DNA of 64,000 nt from Rhodocyclaceae bacterium (GCA_027310465.1 DAIDAU010000514.1:270-64269), one strand, 5' to 3'. Positions 52,965 through 62,945 are shown, counted from the first letter of the stretch. A program made the numbers and translations. The notes: generated by a model from the letters alone, not told the origin.

Positions 52965-54284
52965 ATGGCTGCTTTCCTTGACAATTGCCGGTTCAACCCG
53001 ACGGCAGGCGGTGTCGCCGACTTCGTCTACTCGACGGTGATCACCGGCTACCAGTCGCCCGCTGCGGCAGGCGCTGTCGACGGTCGCAAGTACAAGTACA
53101 TGGCGATCTCGTCCGACCAGAGCACCTGGGAAATGGGCGAGGGCACGTGGACCGCGGCCTCGACGACGCTGTCGCGCACCACCGTGCTCTACAATTCTGC
53201 CGGCACCGGCACTGCGACCGGCCAGAGTAGGGCCGGAACCAAGATCGACTTCGCCTCCGCGCCGCAGGTCTTCATCATCGGCATCAAGGAGGACATGCTC
53301 GCCTTCGACGAGCCCAACAATTTCTCGACCGCGCAGCAGGAGACGGCGCGAGTCAATCTGCTCGCCAATCCCATCACCGCCTTCACCGGCACCGTTGTGG
53401 AAAGCCATGCCGCTGGTGCCGTCACCTTCGCCGTCAAGACCATGGGCGGCGCCGATCCGAGCGCGCTGACGCCGGTCGTCTTCGCGTTCCAGAATGGCGC
53501 AGGCGGCGTTGCCTTCGTCAGCGTGACGGCGCCGCTGTCGATCACCGTCCCGTCCGGTGCGACCCTCGGCCAGACCGCCAACGGCGCCCCCTTTCGGGTC
53601 TGGATCGCGGCCTTCAACGACGGCGGCACGGTGCGACTGGCGGTCTACACCAGCTCCGCCAACAAGCTCGGATTTACCGCTCCGCTGGAAGACTATACGG
53701 CGAGCAGCACGCTGACGCCCGGCGGCAGCTCTCAGGTGTTCTACACCACCGGAGCAGCCGTCACGTCGAAATACTGGATGTGGATCGCGAACGCGACCTA
53801 CGAGAGCGGTCTGGCGACGGCGGGTACCTGGGCCGTCTCGCCCACGGTCCTCGCTTTGGTCGATGAATCCTCGCCGCGGCCGGGCGACATCATTCAGTGC
53901 CTCGTCTCGCCAGGACCATCCGGCGCGCTGTCGGTCTCCGATACCACCGGCACTTACGACGTCATCTCGCAGAACTTCACGATGCTGTCGGCGGCAAACC
54001 TCGTCGAGGTTGACAGCCTCGCCTACATCTACTTCCGCACCGGCGCGGCCGGCGCGCAAGGCACCCTCGTCTTGACCAACGGCACCGCCAGCATCTCGCC
54101 GGGGAGCACTTCGTACTACAACGGCGCCTCCACAGACTTCATCGGTGCCGTCAACATCGTGGCCTACGACAAGCCGAACGCGCTTTCCGTCACCTACAAG
54201 CTGCGGGCGAGTAACTCCTCTAGCGGCTCCGGAACGATCCAGTATTCCGGCTGGAATTTCCGCATCCGCGAAATCTTCACTTGA
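52965..54284 (+). CDS. tail fibre-like protein (439 aa)
   Basis: Ser/Thr/Gly/Ala-rich, position after the baseplate genes. Confidence 0.6.
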   Translation: MAAFLDNCRFNPTAGGVADFVYSTVITGYQSPAAAGAVDGRKYKYMAISSDQSTWEMGEGTWTAASTTLSRTTVLYNSAGTGTATGQSRAGTKIDFASAPQVFIIGIKEDMLAFDEPNNFSTAQQETARVNLLANPITAFTGTVVESHAAGAVTFAVKTMGGADPSALTPVVFAFQNGAGGVAFVSVTAPLSITVPSGATLGQTANGAPFRVWIAAFNDGGTVRLAVYTSSANKLGFTAPLEDYTASSTLTPGGSSQVFYTTGAAVTSKYWMWIANATYESGLATAGTWAVSPTVLALVDESSPRPGDIIQCLVSPGPSGALSVSDTTGTYDVISQNFTMLSAANLVEVDSLAYIYFRTGAAGAQGTLVLTNGTASISPGSTSYYNGASTDFIGAVNIVAYDKPNALSVTYKLRASNSSSGSGTIQYSGWNFRIREIFT

Positions 54285-54302
54285 TCTGCAAGGGCTCCAT
54301 CG

Positions 54303-54755
54303 ATGATCCCCACTCCCAACGTAGACGCCATCCTCGCGCTGCGCCCCGGCGCGGCATGGGCGATGTGGAACGATGACCTCACGACGCTGGTCTGGAAGGA
54401 CCAGACCCAGACGCAGCCGACCTCGGCTGAAATCGCCGCGGAGGTGCAGCGCCAGGCGAGCGTCGGCCCCGTCCCGCCGTCCATCACGCGGCGCCAGTTC
54501 TTCCAGCAGCTCTCGGTGCAGTCGATCATCAGCCGTTCCGACGTCGTCAATGCACTCAGGATTGGCGCGATCCCGACGCCGCTGCAGAACCTGATCAACG
54601 GTATGCCGGCGGACAAGCAGTTCTCCGCCACCGCGCTGATCGAGGGCGAGGCGATCTTCCGCCGCACCCATCCGCTCGTCGCCACGATCGGAGGCGCCTT
54701 CGGCTGGAATACGACGCAGATCGACCAGTTCTTCCAGGCCGCCAACCTCCTCTGA
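54303..54755 (+). CDS. hypothetical tail-fibre-associated protein (150 aa)
   Basis: Position. Confidence 0.5.
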   Translation: MIPTPNVDAILALRPGAAWAMWNDDLTTLVWKDQTQTQPTSAEIAAEVQRQASVGPVPPSITRRQFFQQLSVQSIISRSDVVNALRIGAIPTPLQNLINGMPADKQFSATALIEGEAIFRRTHPLVATIGGAFGWNTTQIDQFFQAANLL

Positions 54756-54772
54756 CAAGGGATTGCTGACCC

Positions 54773-55720
54773 GTGACTCTGGGATCTGACGCACTCGGCC
54801 ATCAGGCGCTTGGCTCTAACGGAGGCAGCTCCAACGTCGTCTCGCTGGGCGGCAATTTCGTTGCTACGGGACAAGCCGCAACGCTCGTCGACACGCGCGT
54901 CGCCTCTGCCGGCGCCTTCGCACTGACCGGAGTGAGCGCGAGCTTCACCATCGGGTTTGCGGTCGCCCCCGCTGTCTTCAGTGAAGTGACCATCGATGCA
55001 AGCCTGCAATGGTCCGGGCTGAAAATCGTGGTGCCGGCGGTCGATCGGACCGGCACCTCCGACAATATCGTCCAGCGCATCAAGCAGGTCATCCCGAAGC
55101 GCTGGTTCAAATGGCTGGCCTCGATCCGCGATGCCATCCTGGGCGGTGTCTCCGACAGCGCGGCGTGGTGCTACAGCCTGGTCAAATACGCCCGGGCCCA
55201 GACCCGCCTGTTCACGGCCTACGGCGTCTGGCTCGACATCTTCGCCTATGACTTCCTCGGCCTCTACATCCAGCGCCGCGGCACCAGCGACGATGCCTTC
55301 CGGGCCGTGATCCGCGCCACCATCCTGCAGGAGCGCGTCACGCGCGCCGGCATGGCGAATGCGATCACGACCGTGACCGGCAAGCAGCCATGGATCTTCG
55401 AGCCCTGGAACACCTATGACACCGGCGGCTACAGCGGCAAGGGCGCGACGTGCGGCTCGTTCGGCTACGGCGTCGGGCAGGGCGGCTATGGCAACATGAA
55501 CCTGCCGTGCCAGACCTTCATGCTCGTGCATAAGGGCGCCGGCGCCGGCGTCCCCGGCATCGGCGGCTACGGCAGCTCGCTCGATGGCTACGGATCGGGC
55601 GCTGGCGAATATGTCGGCCCGCAGACCGAAGAGAGCGGCATCACCCAGCAGATGATCTACGACCTGATCAACAACACCAAGCCGACCGGCACGACGTGCT
55701 GGACGCAGGTCGTCGTCTAA
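54773..55720 (+). CDS. hypothetical tail protein (315 aa), Gly-rich segment
   Basis: GTG start uncertain; GYGVGQGGYGNM...GIGGYGSSLDGYGSGAGEY. Confidence 0.55.
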   Translation: MTLGSDALGHQALGSNGGSSNVVSLGGNFVATGQAATLVDTRVASAGAFALTGVSASFTIGFAVAPAVFSEVTIDASLQWSGLKIVVPAVDRTGTSDNIVQRIKQVIPKRWFKWLASIRDAILGGVSDSAAWCYSLVKYARAQTRLFTAYGVWLDIFAYDFLGLYIQRRGTSDDAFRAVIRATILQERVTRAGMANAITTVTGKQPWIFEPWNTYDTGGYSGKGATCGSFGYGVGQGGYGNMNLPCQTFMLVHKGAGAGVPGIGGYGSSLDGYGSGAGEYVGPQTEESGITQQMIYDLINNTKPTGTTCWTQVVV

Positions 55721-55746
55721 CACCATCCCACCACATCCATCTCCCC

Positions 55747-55774
55747 AAAACCCGCCCTTGCAGGCGGGTTTTTT
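55747..55774 (+). terminator. intrinsic terminator (bidirectional shape)
   Basis: AAAACCCGCC-CTTGCA-GGCGGGTTTTTT. Confidence 0.8.
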
Positions 55775-55792
55775 CATGCAAGGACCGTTGCA

Positions 55793-57850
55793 ATGACTGA
55801 TCGTGTCATCGTGTATCCTGGCGCGCTTCCGCAGGATACCGACCAGCTCTACACCAACAAGTTCGCCATGATCGCGGAGGCGTTCCAGAACGCCGCCATC
55901 CTCGGCAACTCGACGGTGGTTGCTGGTCTGGCCTGCACGCCGACGGCTCCCGCATCGCTGCAGGTCAATATCGGCACCGGCTCGATCTTCCAGATCGACC
56001 CGACGGACGCGACGCCTTACGGCTCGCTCGGCGTCGACAATGCCTCGATCATGAAGATGGGCACCAACCAGGCGCCGGTGACGCTCACGATCACGCCACC
56101 CAGCACCGCCGGCTACAGCCAGGTCTATCTGGTGCAGGCGATCTTGCAGGACGTTGACGCTGGCGCGACCGTTCTCAGCTATTACAACTCGTCGAACCCG
56201 CTGCAGCCGTACTCCGGTCCGAACAATTCCGGATCGTCGAACTACACCCAGCGGCTCACCAAATGCACGATCGCGCTCAAGGCAGGCGTGGCCGCGACCA
56301 CCGGCACGCAGACCGCCCCGACGCCCGATGCCGGCTATGTCGGGCTCTACACCATCACCGTCGCCAACGGCGCCACCCAGATCACTTCGGCGGCGATCAC
56401 GCAGCTCTCCACCGCGCCGTTCTTCCCGACGCTGCCGAGCGTCCCGAGCAACGTGCAGAACGGCACGTGGCTGTGGGGTACCGATACCGGCGCGGCCAAC
56501 GCCTATGTCGTCAACGTGCCCTATCCGGTGCCGGTTGCCTACGTCGCCGGCATGACGATCCGCTTCAAGGCGGCCAACGCCAACTCCGGCGCGTCGACCG
56601 TCAACGTCAACGGCCTCGGCGCTGTCGCGATCAAGCGCGCCGGCGGCGCCGCGCTTGCCTCCGGCGACATCCTGTCCGGCCAGGTGCTCGAGCTCACCTA
56701 TGACGGCGTCAACTTCCAGATGGCGAACTATCTGGGCATCAGCGCCGGCACCACCACCAACAACTTCACCTCGGTCAATATCCCCTACGTCAACGACACC
56801 GGCGCGCAGAATGCGCTGGTCGCGACCTATTCGCCGGCGATCACCAGCGGCCAGCAGATCGCGGGCCTGTTCCTGTCGGTGAAGCTCGCCAACGCCATCA
56901 CCGGCGCCTGCACGATCAACGTCAACGGGCTCGGGGTGAAGAACCTCATGCTCGGAGATCTCACCAACCCGCCCTACAACGTCTTCACCGCGGGCATGGT
57001 GCTGCTGATCGTCTACGACGGCACGCAGTACCAGATCGTCGGCACCTCGCAGGGCATATTCGCCAAGAAGCCGACGGCGAACTATACGATCTACGTCAAC
57101 ACCTCGACCGGCAGCGACACGCTCTACGACGGCACCTCGGCCACCGTCGGCACCGGCACGTCCGGCCCGCTCAAGACGATCCGGAAGGCGGTCAACGTCG
57201 CCTATGGCTACTCTCCGAGCCAGTACACCATCACCATCCAGGTCGCGGCCGGCACCTACAACGAGAGCATCCAGACGCCGGCCTATGCCGGTCCGAACCT
57301 CGTCATCAACGGCGCAGGCTCGACCCAGACCTACATCAACAGCGGTGCCGGCAACTGCTTCTACGTCACCGGACCGAACACCATGACGGTGCAGAACGTC
57401 TCGGCGCAGACCAACGGGCTCTATCCGTGGGCCGCGTTTGCTGCGAGCCAGGGCGCCACGCTCAACACCAACAACACGGCGACCGGAAACGCCTCGATCG
57501 TGTTCTATGCCGCGACGGGTGCCACTACCAATCCCGGCAACCATACCTTCAACGGCAACTCCAACGCGATCTTCTGGCCGATCTACAACGGCAGCATCAA
57601 CCTCGGCACCTATACCTACACGTTCTCGACCGCGATCTCGGTGACGTGGGGCGTCGGCTACCCGACCGGCCTCGGCTCGCTGTCGATCAACAACGTCAAC
57701 CCGCCTACCTTCGTCAATCCGAGCTTCGTGAGCGGCCCGAAGTATCGCGCTGGCCTCAACGGCATCATCTCCGCCAACGGGCTCGGTGCCAACTTCCTGC
57801 CGGGATCGGTGGCCGGCACCACCGACACCGGCGGCCAGGTCAGCTGGTAA
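55793..57850 (+). CDS. tail fibre or receptor-binding protein (685 aa)
   Basis: Own transcription unit between two terminators; Thr/Gly/Asn-rich, beta-helix-like C-terminal half. Confidence 0.65.
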   Translation: MTDRVIVYPGALPQDTDQLYTNKFAMIAEAFQNAAILGNSTVVAGLACTPTAPASLQVNIGTGSIFQIDPTDATPYGSLGVDNASIMKMGTNQAPVTLTITPPSTAGYSQVYLVQAILQDVDAGATVLSYYNSSNPLQPYSGPNNSGSSNYTQRLTKCTIALKAGVAATTGTQTAPTPDAGYVGLYTITVANGATQITSAAITQLSTAPFFPTLPSVPSNVQNGTWLWGTDTGAANAYVVNVPYPVPVAYVAGMTIRFKAANANSGASTVNVNGLGAVAIKRAGGAALASGDILSGQVLELTYDGVNFQMANYLGISAGTTTNNFTSVNIPYVNDTGAQNALVATYSPAITSGQQIAGLFLSVKLANAITGACTINVNGLGVKNLMLGDLTNPPYNVFTAGMVLLIVYDGTQYQIVGTSQGIFAKKPTANYTIYVNTSTGSDTLYDGTSATVGTGTSGPLKTIRKAVNVAYGYSPSQYTITIQVAAGTYNESIQTPAYAGPNLVINGAGSTQTYINSGAGNCFYVTGPNTMTVQNVSAQTNGLYPWAAFAASQGATLNTNNTATGNASIVFYAATGATTNPGNHTFNGNSNAIFWPIYNGSINLGTYTYTFSTAISVTWGVGYPTGLGSLSINNVNPPTFVNPSFVSGPKYRAGLNGIISANGLGANFLPGSVAGTTDTGGQVSW

Positions 57851-57861
57851 CGGGGCGCGGC

Positions 57862-58107
57862 ATGACCTTCAACTCGCTTATCCTGTTTGATCCGAACGAC
57901 TGGTACTGGATCTCGACCGATGGTCGGATCTACTCCAGCGCGCGGAACAAGATCGTCTACAGCTACGACTTCGCCTATGTCGCCTTCCTTCAGGCGCATG
58001 GGGCCGCGACGCCGTGGCCGAAGGATGCCAGCGGTCAGCAGACCAACGCGGCGCTACAGGCCGTGCTGCTGACCTACGGCATCAACGTGACCATCCCGAC
58101 CCAGTAG
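57862..58107 (+). CDS. hypothetical protein (81 aa), possible fibre assembly factor
   Basis: MTFNSLILFDPNDWYWISTDGRIYSSARNK...; TAG stop. Confidence 0.5.
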   Translation: MTFNSLILFDPNDWYWISTDGRIYSSARNKIVYSYDFAYVAFLQAHGAATPWPKDASGQQTNAALQAVLLTYGINVTIPTQ

Positions 58108-58152
58108 CGGGCCGGCTCTCCCAAGCATCTTCAACAAGCGAGAACAACAGCA

Positions 58153-58178
58153 AGCCGCGCCACCGAGCGCGGCTTTTT
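58153..58178 (+). terminator. intrinsic terminator
   Basis: AGCCGCGC-CACCGA-GCGCGGCT then TTTT; followed by TGGAGAT RBS. Confidence 0.8.
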
Positions 58179-58192
58179 CGTGGAGATTTCAG

Positions 58193-59392
58193 ATGAACGA
58201 CTTCTACGGGATTGCCGCGCTCGCCGCGGTGATCGTTGTCTATATCGGCGAGAAGGTCCAGCAGTATCTTCTGACCTCGGTGCTGCGCGAGGCGCTGAAG
58301 CAGGCGCAGGCGCAGATCAACAGTCTCAACAGCATCAAGGCCGCGCCGCCCATCGTGGTGACGCAGCCGGCTCTGCCGCAGCCGCCGGTCCCGCAGCTGC
58401 CTGCACCGAGCCCTGCGCCGGCACCTTCGCCGGTGCCGACCATCTCCGGTCCGTTCGCCGGCGCGCCGGCCTGGTTCCAGTGGGCGCTGCACGAGATCGG
58501 CTTCCACGAGCAGGGCGACAACCGCGGTCTCGACCGCTATATCGCGCTCGCCCATACCGGCGCCAATGGCGAGCCGTGGTGCGCGATCTTCGCCAACGCA
58601 GCCCTCGAAGCTACCGGCGTGATGGGTTCGCGCTCGGCCTCTTCGCAGAGCTTCCGCTCCAACCCGAACTTCGTGCAGCTCGAAAAGCCGGCGCTCGGGG
58701 CGATCGCCGTGTTCTGGCGGGGCTCGCCGAGCTCCGGCCTCGGCCATGTCGGCTTCTACCGCGGCGAGAATGCCAACCGCGTCTGGACGCTCGGCGGCAA
58801 CGAGCACGACATGGTGCAGATCGAGGCACTTCCGAAGAGCACCAGCGGCTTCGGTCTGGTCGGCTATTGGTGGCCGAAGGCCGTGCCGCTTCCGTCCGGC
58901 GGCCCGGTGATGATGCCGACCGGCTCGGCGCTCTCCATCACCCACGATCCCTCGGCCGCAAGTGTCGCGAGCGATGCATCCGCGCACGTCAAGAGTGGCG
59001 TGCAGGAGAACATCACCGCGACCGTGTTCGGCGACGACGGCCATAACGCCGCCTACGGCTTTCGCCTCGACAACACCTCGCCCGGCGTCGCGCTGCCGTT
59101 CCGTTTCTCCGGGACGCGCCCGCGCGTACGGGTCAGCAACGCCCACACCGGAGCCAGCGTCGATTGCGACATCGTCGATGTCGGTCCGTGGAACACGCAT
59201 GACCCGTATTGGCAGACCGGAACGCGGCCGCAGGCCGAGACCGGGACTGACCTCGGCCAGGTCTCCGCACCCCGCCACACCAACGGCGCGGGCATCGACC
59301 TGACCCCGGCGGCAGCCGCCGCCATCCAGATCGACGGCAAGGGGCTCGTCAACTGGTCCTTCATCGACAGCCCCGCAATCAAAGTGGAGTAG
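58193..59392 (+). CDS. endolysin: N-terminal membrane anchor + Pro-rich linker + NlpC/P60-CHAP-like (TIGR02594-like) domain + C-terminal domain
   Basis: FYGIAALAAVIVVYIG helix; PWCAIFANAAL ... GLGHVGFY Cys/His contexts. Confidence 0.7.
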   Translation: MNDFYGIAALAAVIVVYIGEKVQQYLLTSVLREALKQAQAQINSLNSIKAAPPIVVTQPALPQPPVPQLPAPSPAPAPSPVPTISGPFAGAPAWFQWALHEIGFHEQGDNRGLDRYIALAHTGANGEPWCAIFANAALEATGVMGSRSASSQSFRSNPNFVQLEKPALGAIAVFWRGSPSSGLGHVGFYRGENANRVWTLGGNEHDMVQIEALPKSTSGFGLVGYWWPKAVPLPSGGPVMMPTGSALSITHDPSAASVASDASAHVKSGVQENITATVFGDDGHNAAYGFRLDNTSPGVALPFRFSGTRPRVRVSNAHTGASVDCDIVDVGPWNTHDPYWQTGTRPQAETGTDLGQVSAPRHTNGAGIDLTPAAAAAIQIDGKGLVNWSFIDSPAIKVE

Positions 59393-59398
59393 AAGAAA

Positions 59399-59695
59399 AT
59401 GGATATGAAGTCCGTGCAGGAAGCAGCCGCGACCGCCGAGAAGGTGGTCGAGGGTGTGATGAAGTTCGAGCCCTACATCGCCACCATCGCCGGTGCCGTC
59501 GTTCCCGGCGCCGCCCCGGTCGTGGCTGTCGTGCAGCCGATGGTCGCGGCCGCCGCGCCCTTCGTCGAGAACGCCCTCAAGGCGCTCGCCGAGGGTAATG
59601 GCGGCAACGTCATGGGTGCCTTCATCCAGCTGCTGCAGCACCTGACGCCTGGTCATCCGAACGTCTCGACGCTCGACGTTCCGCAGGCCTCGTAA
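59399..59695 (+). CDS. hydrophobic small protein (98 aa), holin candidate
   Basis: GGAG RBS; YIATIAGAVVPGAAPVVAVVQPMVAAAAPFV; position after the endolysin. Confidence 0.45.
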   Translation: MDMKSVQEAAATAEKVVEGVMKFEPYIATIAGAVVPGAAPVVAVVQPMVAAAAPFVENALKALAEGNGGNVMGAFIQLLQHLTPGHPNVSTLDVPQAS

Positions 59696-59723
59696 GCGCA
59701 TCCCGACAGAAAGCCAGGAGCAG

Positions 59724-60122
59724 GTGGGCGATCTCGTAGCCGTCGCCGGCATTGCCGGCGGCGTCGGATGTCTGGTCGCGGGCCTCGTGTCCGCGGCCAT
59801 TTACTTCATCGACCGTGGTCGCAACGAAGGGGGCGCCAAGACAAGCATCACGAACCTCGACAGCGCAGTCAAGCAGGCCAACGAACGTGCCGAGAGCGCC
59901 CATGCACGAGCCGATGCGCTCGACAAGGACATGCACTCGTTCCGGGAGATGGTTGCGCGGGACTACGTCACCTACGAGCGCATGCGCGAGTTCAAGACCG
60001 AGTTGATGACCGCCATTCAGTCCCAGTCCGGGGCGATGTCGGCCATCCACCAGCGTCTTGACTCGATCATTCGCTCGATAGCAGCGGCAGGCCGCTCGAA
60101 GCAGTCGGTCGACGGCGACTAA
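59724..60122 (+). CDS. membrane-anchored coiled-coil protein (132 aa), spanin or holin-accessory candidate
   Basis: AGGAGCAG-GTG; N-terminal helix, then heptad-like region. Confidence 0.45.
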   Translation: MGDLVAVAGIAGGVGCLVAGLVSAAIYFIDRGRNEGGAKTSITNLDSAVKQANERAESAHARADALDKDMHSFREMVARDYVTYERMREFKTELMTAIQSQSGAMSAIHQRLDSIIRSIAAAGRSKQSVDGD

Positions 60123-60143
60123 GACCAACAGGGTAGGGTGTCA

Positions 60144-61415
60144 ATGGCGAAGCGGCGCAATCGGTTTTCTGACAGATCTGACGAGGCTCTCAAGGAGATT
60201 GCTGACGCCTTCGACGCCAACGGCCGGAACTACCTCAAGGCGGCAGCTGCCTTGCAGATGTCGGTCGGCATGCTGGAGAAGCGGCTCATCCTCGCCTCAG
60301 AGCGTGGGCTGCTTCTCCATCACGCTCCGAATGCCATGCCAGGGTTCTCGCTCACCAAGGTGACGACCGACCCCGACGGCGGCCAGCACGTCACGCAGAA
60401 GCGTGAACATGGCGAGCCGTTCGAGATGCCGAAGACGCACTTCCTCGGCAAGATGACGGTGCAGCGCGACCCGGAAGGGCGCGTCGTGCAGGACTGGATC
60501 AGGGTGATGCCCGACCAGGTCATGCGCGAGGCCGCGATGCGCGAGATGGTGGAGGCTCTCAAGGAGGGCCTGCCGACCGAAGCGCCGGCGACGCTGTTGC
60601 CGCTCGCGCGCAACGAAGACCTCCTCAACCAGTACACCGTCACCGATCTGCACTTCGGCTCGCTGTCGTGGCGGGAGGAGACCGGAACCGACTACGACCT
60701 CAAGATCGCCGAGCAGCTCGTGCTCGACTGGTTCGCGATGGCGATCCGGCTGTCGCCGAACGCCCACACCGCGGTGCTGGCCCAGCTCGGCGACCTCCTG
60801 CACTTCGACAGCCTGGAGAGCGTGACGCCGACCAACCGCCACGTCATCGACAGCGACTCGCGCTTTGCCAAGATCGTCCGCATCGTGATCCGCACCATGC
60901 GGCGTGTGATCAAGATGCTGCTCGAAAAGCACGAGCACGTCCACATCATCATGGCGGACGCCAACCACGACCCGGCCTCGGAAATCTGGCTGCGCGAGAT
61001 GTTCGCCGCCTTCTACGAGGACGAGCCGCGGCTGTCGGTCGAGCGCAGCCCCTCGACCTACAACGCCTTCGAGTGGGGCGACGTCTCGCTGTTCTATCAC
61101 CACGGTCACCGCAAGAAGCCCAAGCAGGTCGACACCGTGTTCGCCGGCCGCTTCCGCGAGCTCTACGGCAAGACCAAATTCTCCTACGGCCACACCGGCC
61201 ACCTGCATTCGGACGCGCTGTTCTCCGGCAACCTGATGAAGGTCGAGCAGCACGAGACGCTCGCCGGCAGGTCCTCCTATGAAGCCCAGGGCGGCTGGCT
61301 CTCCGAGCAGTCCGCCAAGGTGATCACATATTCGAAGCGCTTCGGCGAAGTCGGGCGCATCACACTCACTCCGGCCATGGTGCAAGGCGCTATGGCCGCA
61401 GCGCAGGCCGCGTAA
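60144..61415 (+). CDS. calcineurin-like metallophosphoesterase-motif protein with N-terminal HTH-like region
   Basis: Ordered motifs DLHFG, GDLLH, DANHD, HHGH, GHTGHLH. Confidence 0.6.
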   Translation: MAKRRNRFSDRSDEALKEIADAFDANGRNYLKAAAALQMSVGMLEKRLILASERGLLLHHAPNAMPGFSLTKVTTDPDGGQHVTQKREHGEPFEMPKTHFLGKMTVQRDPEGRVVQDWIRVMPDQVMREAAMREMVEALKEGLPTEAPATLLPLARNEDLLNQYTVTDLHFGSLSWREETGTDYDLKIAEQLVLDWFAMAIRLSPNAHTAVLAQLGDLLHFDSLESVTPTNRHVIDSDSRFAKIVRIVIRTMRRVIKMLLEKHEHVHIIMADANHDPASEIWLREMFAAFYEDEPRLSVERSPSTYNAFEWGDVSLFYHHGHRKKPKQVDTVFAGRFRELYGKTKFSYGHTGHLHSDALFSGNLMKVEQHETLAGRSSYEAQGGWLSEQSAKVITYSKRFGEVGRITLTPAMVQGAMAAAQAA

Positions 61416-61453
61416 GCTATGACGACGATCTGACTACTCCCGAAGGAAACTTG

Positions 61454-61484
61454 GAGCCCCGCATTCGTACGGGGCTCTTTTTTT
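61454..61484 (+). terminator. intrinsic terminator
   Basis: GAGCCCCG-CATTCGTA-CGGGGCTC then TTTTTTT; followed by TGGAGAT RBS. Confidence 0.85.
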
Positions 61485-61498
61485 GTTTGGAGATCTGA

Positions 61499-61864
61499 AT
61501 GAGCCATCCGCTGACGCCGGACTCGATCGCGCTGCTCTACGAATATCACCGCTCGCTGCCGCCGTTCCGCAGCATCAAGAAGATGCCGCACGCCGATGGC
61601 GTCGAGTTCCGGATCGTCAAGGACCGCGCGCGGATCGCCTGGTGTCAGTGGATGGGCGATCGCTTCCGGATCGCGATCTCAGCCAACGGCGTCAGCCAGA
61701 CCGCAACGCTGGCGATGTATCTCGGCCACGAGATGTGCCACGTCGCCGAGGACGTCACCGGCCATAACCCGGGTGGCAACGAGAACGTCCACGGCGCCTA
61801 TTTTCGCAAGCTCGCTGCGCGGTTCTGCAAGATCCACGGCTTCGACCTGAAGGCCTTCTTCTGA
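61499..61864 (+). CDS. SprT-like zinc metallopeptidase-motif protein
   Basis: LGHEMCHVAED (HExxH) in a 121-aa protein. Confidence 0.6.
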   Translation: MSHPLTPDSIALLYEYHRSLPPFRSIKKMPHADGVEFRIVKDRARIAWCQWMGDRFRIAISANGVSQTATLAMYLGHEMCHVAEDVTGHNPGGNENVHGAYFRKLAARFCKIHGFDLKAFF

Positions 61865-62088
61865 TGACATCCGCCATCATCGTCTTCGCCATCATGACGG
61901 CACTCGACTTCGTCTGGGCGCGCTACACCGCGGCCGTCACCGACAAGCGGCGCCTGGCCGCCGCGCTCTACTCAGGCGCCATCGTCGGCCTCGGCGGTTT
62001 TTCCACCATCAGTTATGTCGACAATCACTGGATGCTGATCCCGGCGGTTGCCGGCGCGCTGTTCGGCACCTATCTGGCGGTGCGCTAG
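61864..62088 (+). CDS. membrane protein (74 aa)
   Basis: TGATG coupling; two or three hydrophobic helices; TAG stop. Confidence 0.6.
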   Translation: MTSAIIVFAIMTALDFVWARYTAAVTDKRRLAAALYSGAIVGLGGFSTISYVDNHWMLIPAVAGALFGTYLAVR

Positions 62089-62533
62089 GCCCCTCGATGA
62101 TCTCGCGCGCGGCCGCAAGCACTTCGCGCGGCGTCCTGAAGCGGCGCAGCGGCGTCGGACCATCCTCGCTCCAGTCGGTAAAGTGGTGATGGACGATGGT
62201 GCGCAGCGCCTCCCAAGCGGTTTCTTCGTCCCATTCCGGCTCGTAGTAGCCGGACGTGGCGCCGACCATCAGCGTGCCCTTGCGCGGGCTGTGCGGAGGC
62301 CACATCACGATATAGCCGCCATGCTTGTCGCGGGCTGGACGCTTGAGAGACAGTTCACGGCCTGACGGGTCGCTATGGGGCGACCGTAGGCGCTCGAAGT
62401 GCTTGCGGGCGCGGATCAGGAGTCCAGTGTAATTATCGCACTTCTCGGCTCGGAATTGCTGCCGGCTGTCCCCGAGCAGCGGCAGCAGCGGCGCCGCGCG
62501 CTTCGACAGCTTCTTGAGGATGCGCAGGTTCAC
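62009..62533 (-). CDS. hypothetical protein (174 aa), last gene of the right-hand leftward operon
   Basis: ATGA coupling at 62530-62533; MNLRILKKLSKRAAPLLPLLGDSRQQF...; 3' end overlaps the convergent gene by 80 nt. Confidence 0.6.
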   Translation of the reverse strand: MNLRILKKLSKRAAPLLPLLGDSRQQFRAEKCDNYTGLLIRARKHFERLRSPHSDPSGRELSLKRPARDKHGGYIVMWPPHSPRKGTLMVGATSGYYEPEWDEETAWEALRTIVHHHFTDWSEDGPTPLRRFRTPREVLAAAREIIEGPSAPPDRCRTARRQPPGSASSDCRHN

Positions 62534-62757
62534 GGCTGTATCCTCGCCTCGTGGTGTCGCTCCAACACAGCGCGGCAGCGCTTGCAGTCGAACGGCTTGC
62601 CCTTGCCGGTCAGATCCAAGATGTGAGTTCCGTCATCCGTGTATCCGGTGATGACGCTACCATCCTCGTTGGAGGTCACGTCATTGTGCAGCTTGATGCC
62701 GCAGGCGGTCTTGGCGCCATGCTTGTCGGCAGCCGGGATGAAGCGATGGACGGTCAT
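62530..62757 (-). CDS. hypothetical protein (75 aa)
   Basis: ATGA coupling at 62754-62757; MTVHRFIPAADKHGAKTACGIKLH... Confidence 0.6.
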   Translation of the reverse strand: MTVHRFIPAADKHGAKTACGIKLHNDVTSNEDGSVITGYTDDGTHILDLTGKGKPFDCKRCRAVLERHHEARIQP

Positions 62758-62945
62758 GGCGCGAGATCGCAAACGTCCCATTCGTAGCAGGCCTCCCACG
62801 CCGCCTCGTCGTCGGGGACGCCTCGCTTGATGGCTTCGTCGAAGGCAACCATGACCTCGAGCTCGAGGCCGTTCTTGCGCGCGATGCGCGCGGCGCAGTC
62901 GCGCCAGGTCTCACCTTCCAACCTCTTGATCGCAAGACCCACCAT
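62754..62945 (-). CDS. hypothetical protein (63 aa)
   Basis: Start overlaps upstream TGA; MVGLAIKRLEGETWRDCAARIARKNG... Confidence 0.55.
   Translation of the reverse strand: MVGLAIKRLEGETWRDCAARIARKNGLELEVMVAFDEAIKRGVPDDEAAWEACYEWDVCDLAP

Noticed and set aside
54194-57544. Very long antisense ORFs, e.g. 1116 aa at 54194-57544 (-), 622 aa at 52926-54794 (-), 571 aa at 33213-34928 (-), 463 aa at 20420-21811 (-), 437 aa at 16325-17638 (-), 449 aa at 36709-38058 (-)
   Set aside because: All are opposite well-supported structural or enzyme genes and are extremely Arg/Gly/Asp/Ala/Val-rich with no motifs or RBS. This is the typical stop-codon-poor shadow frame of high-G+C DNA.
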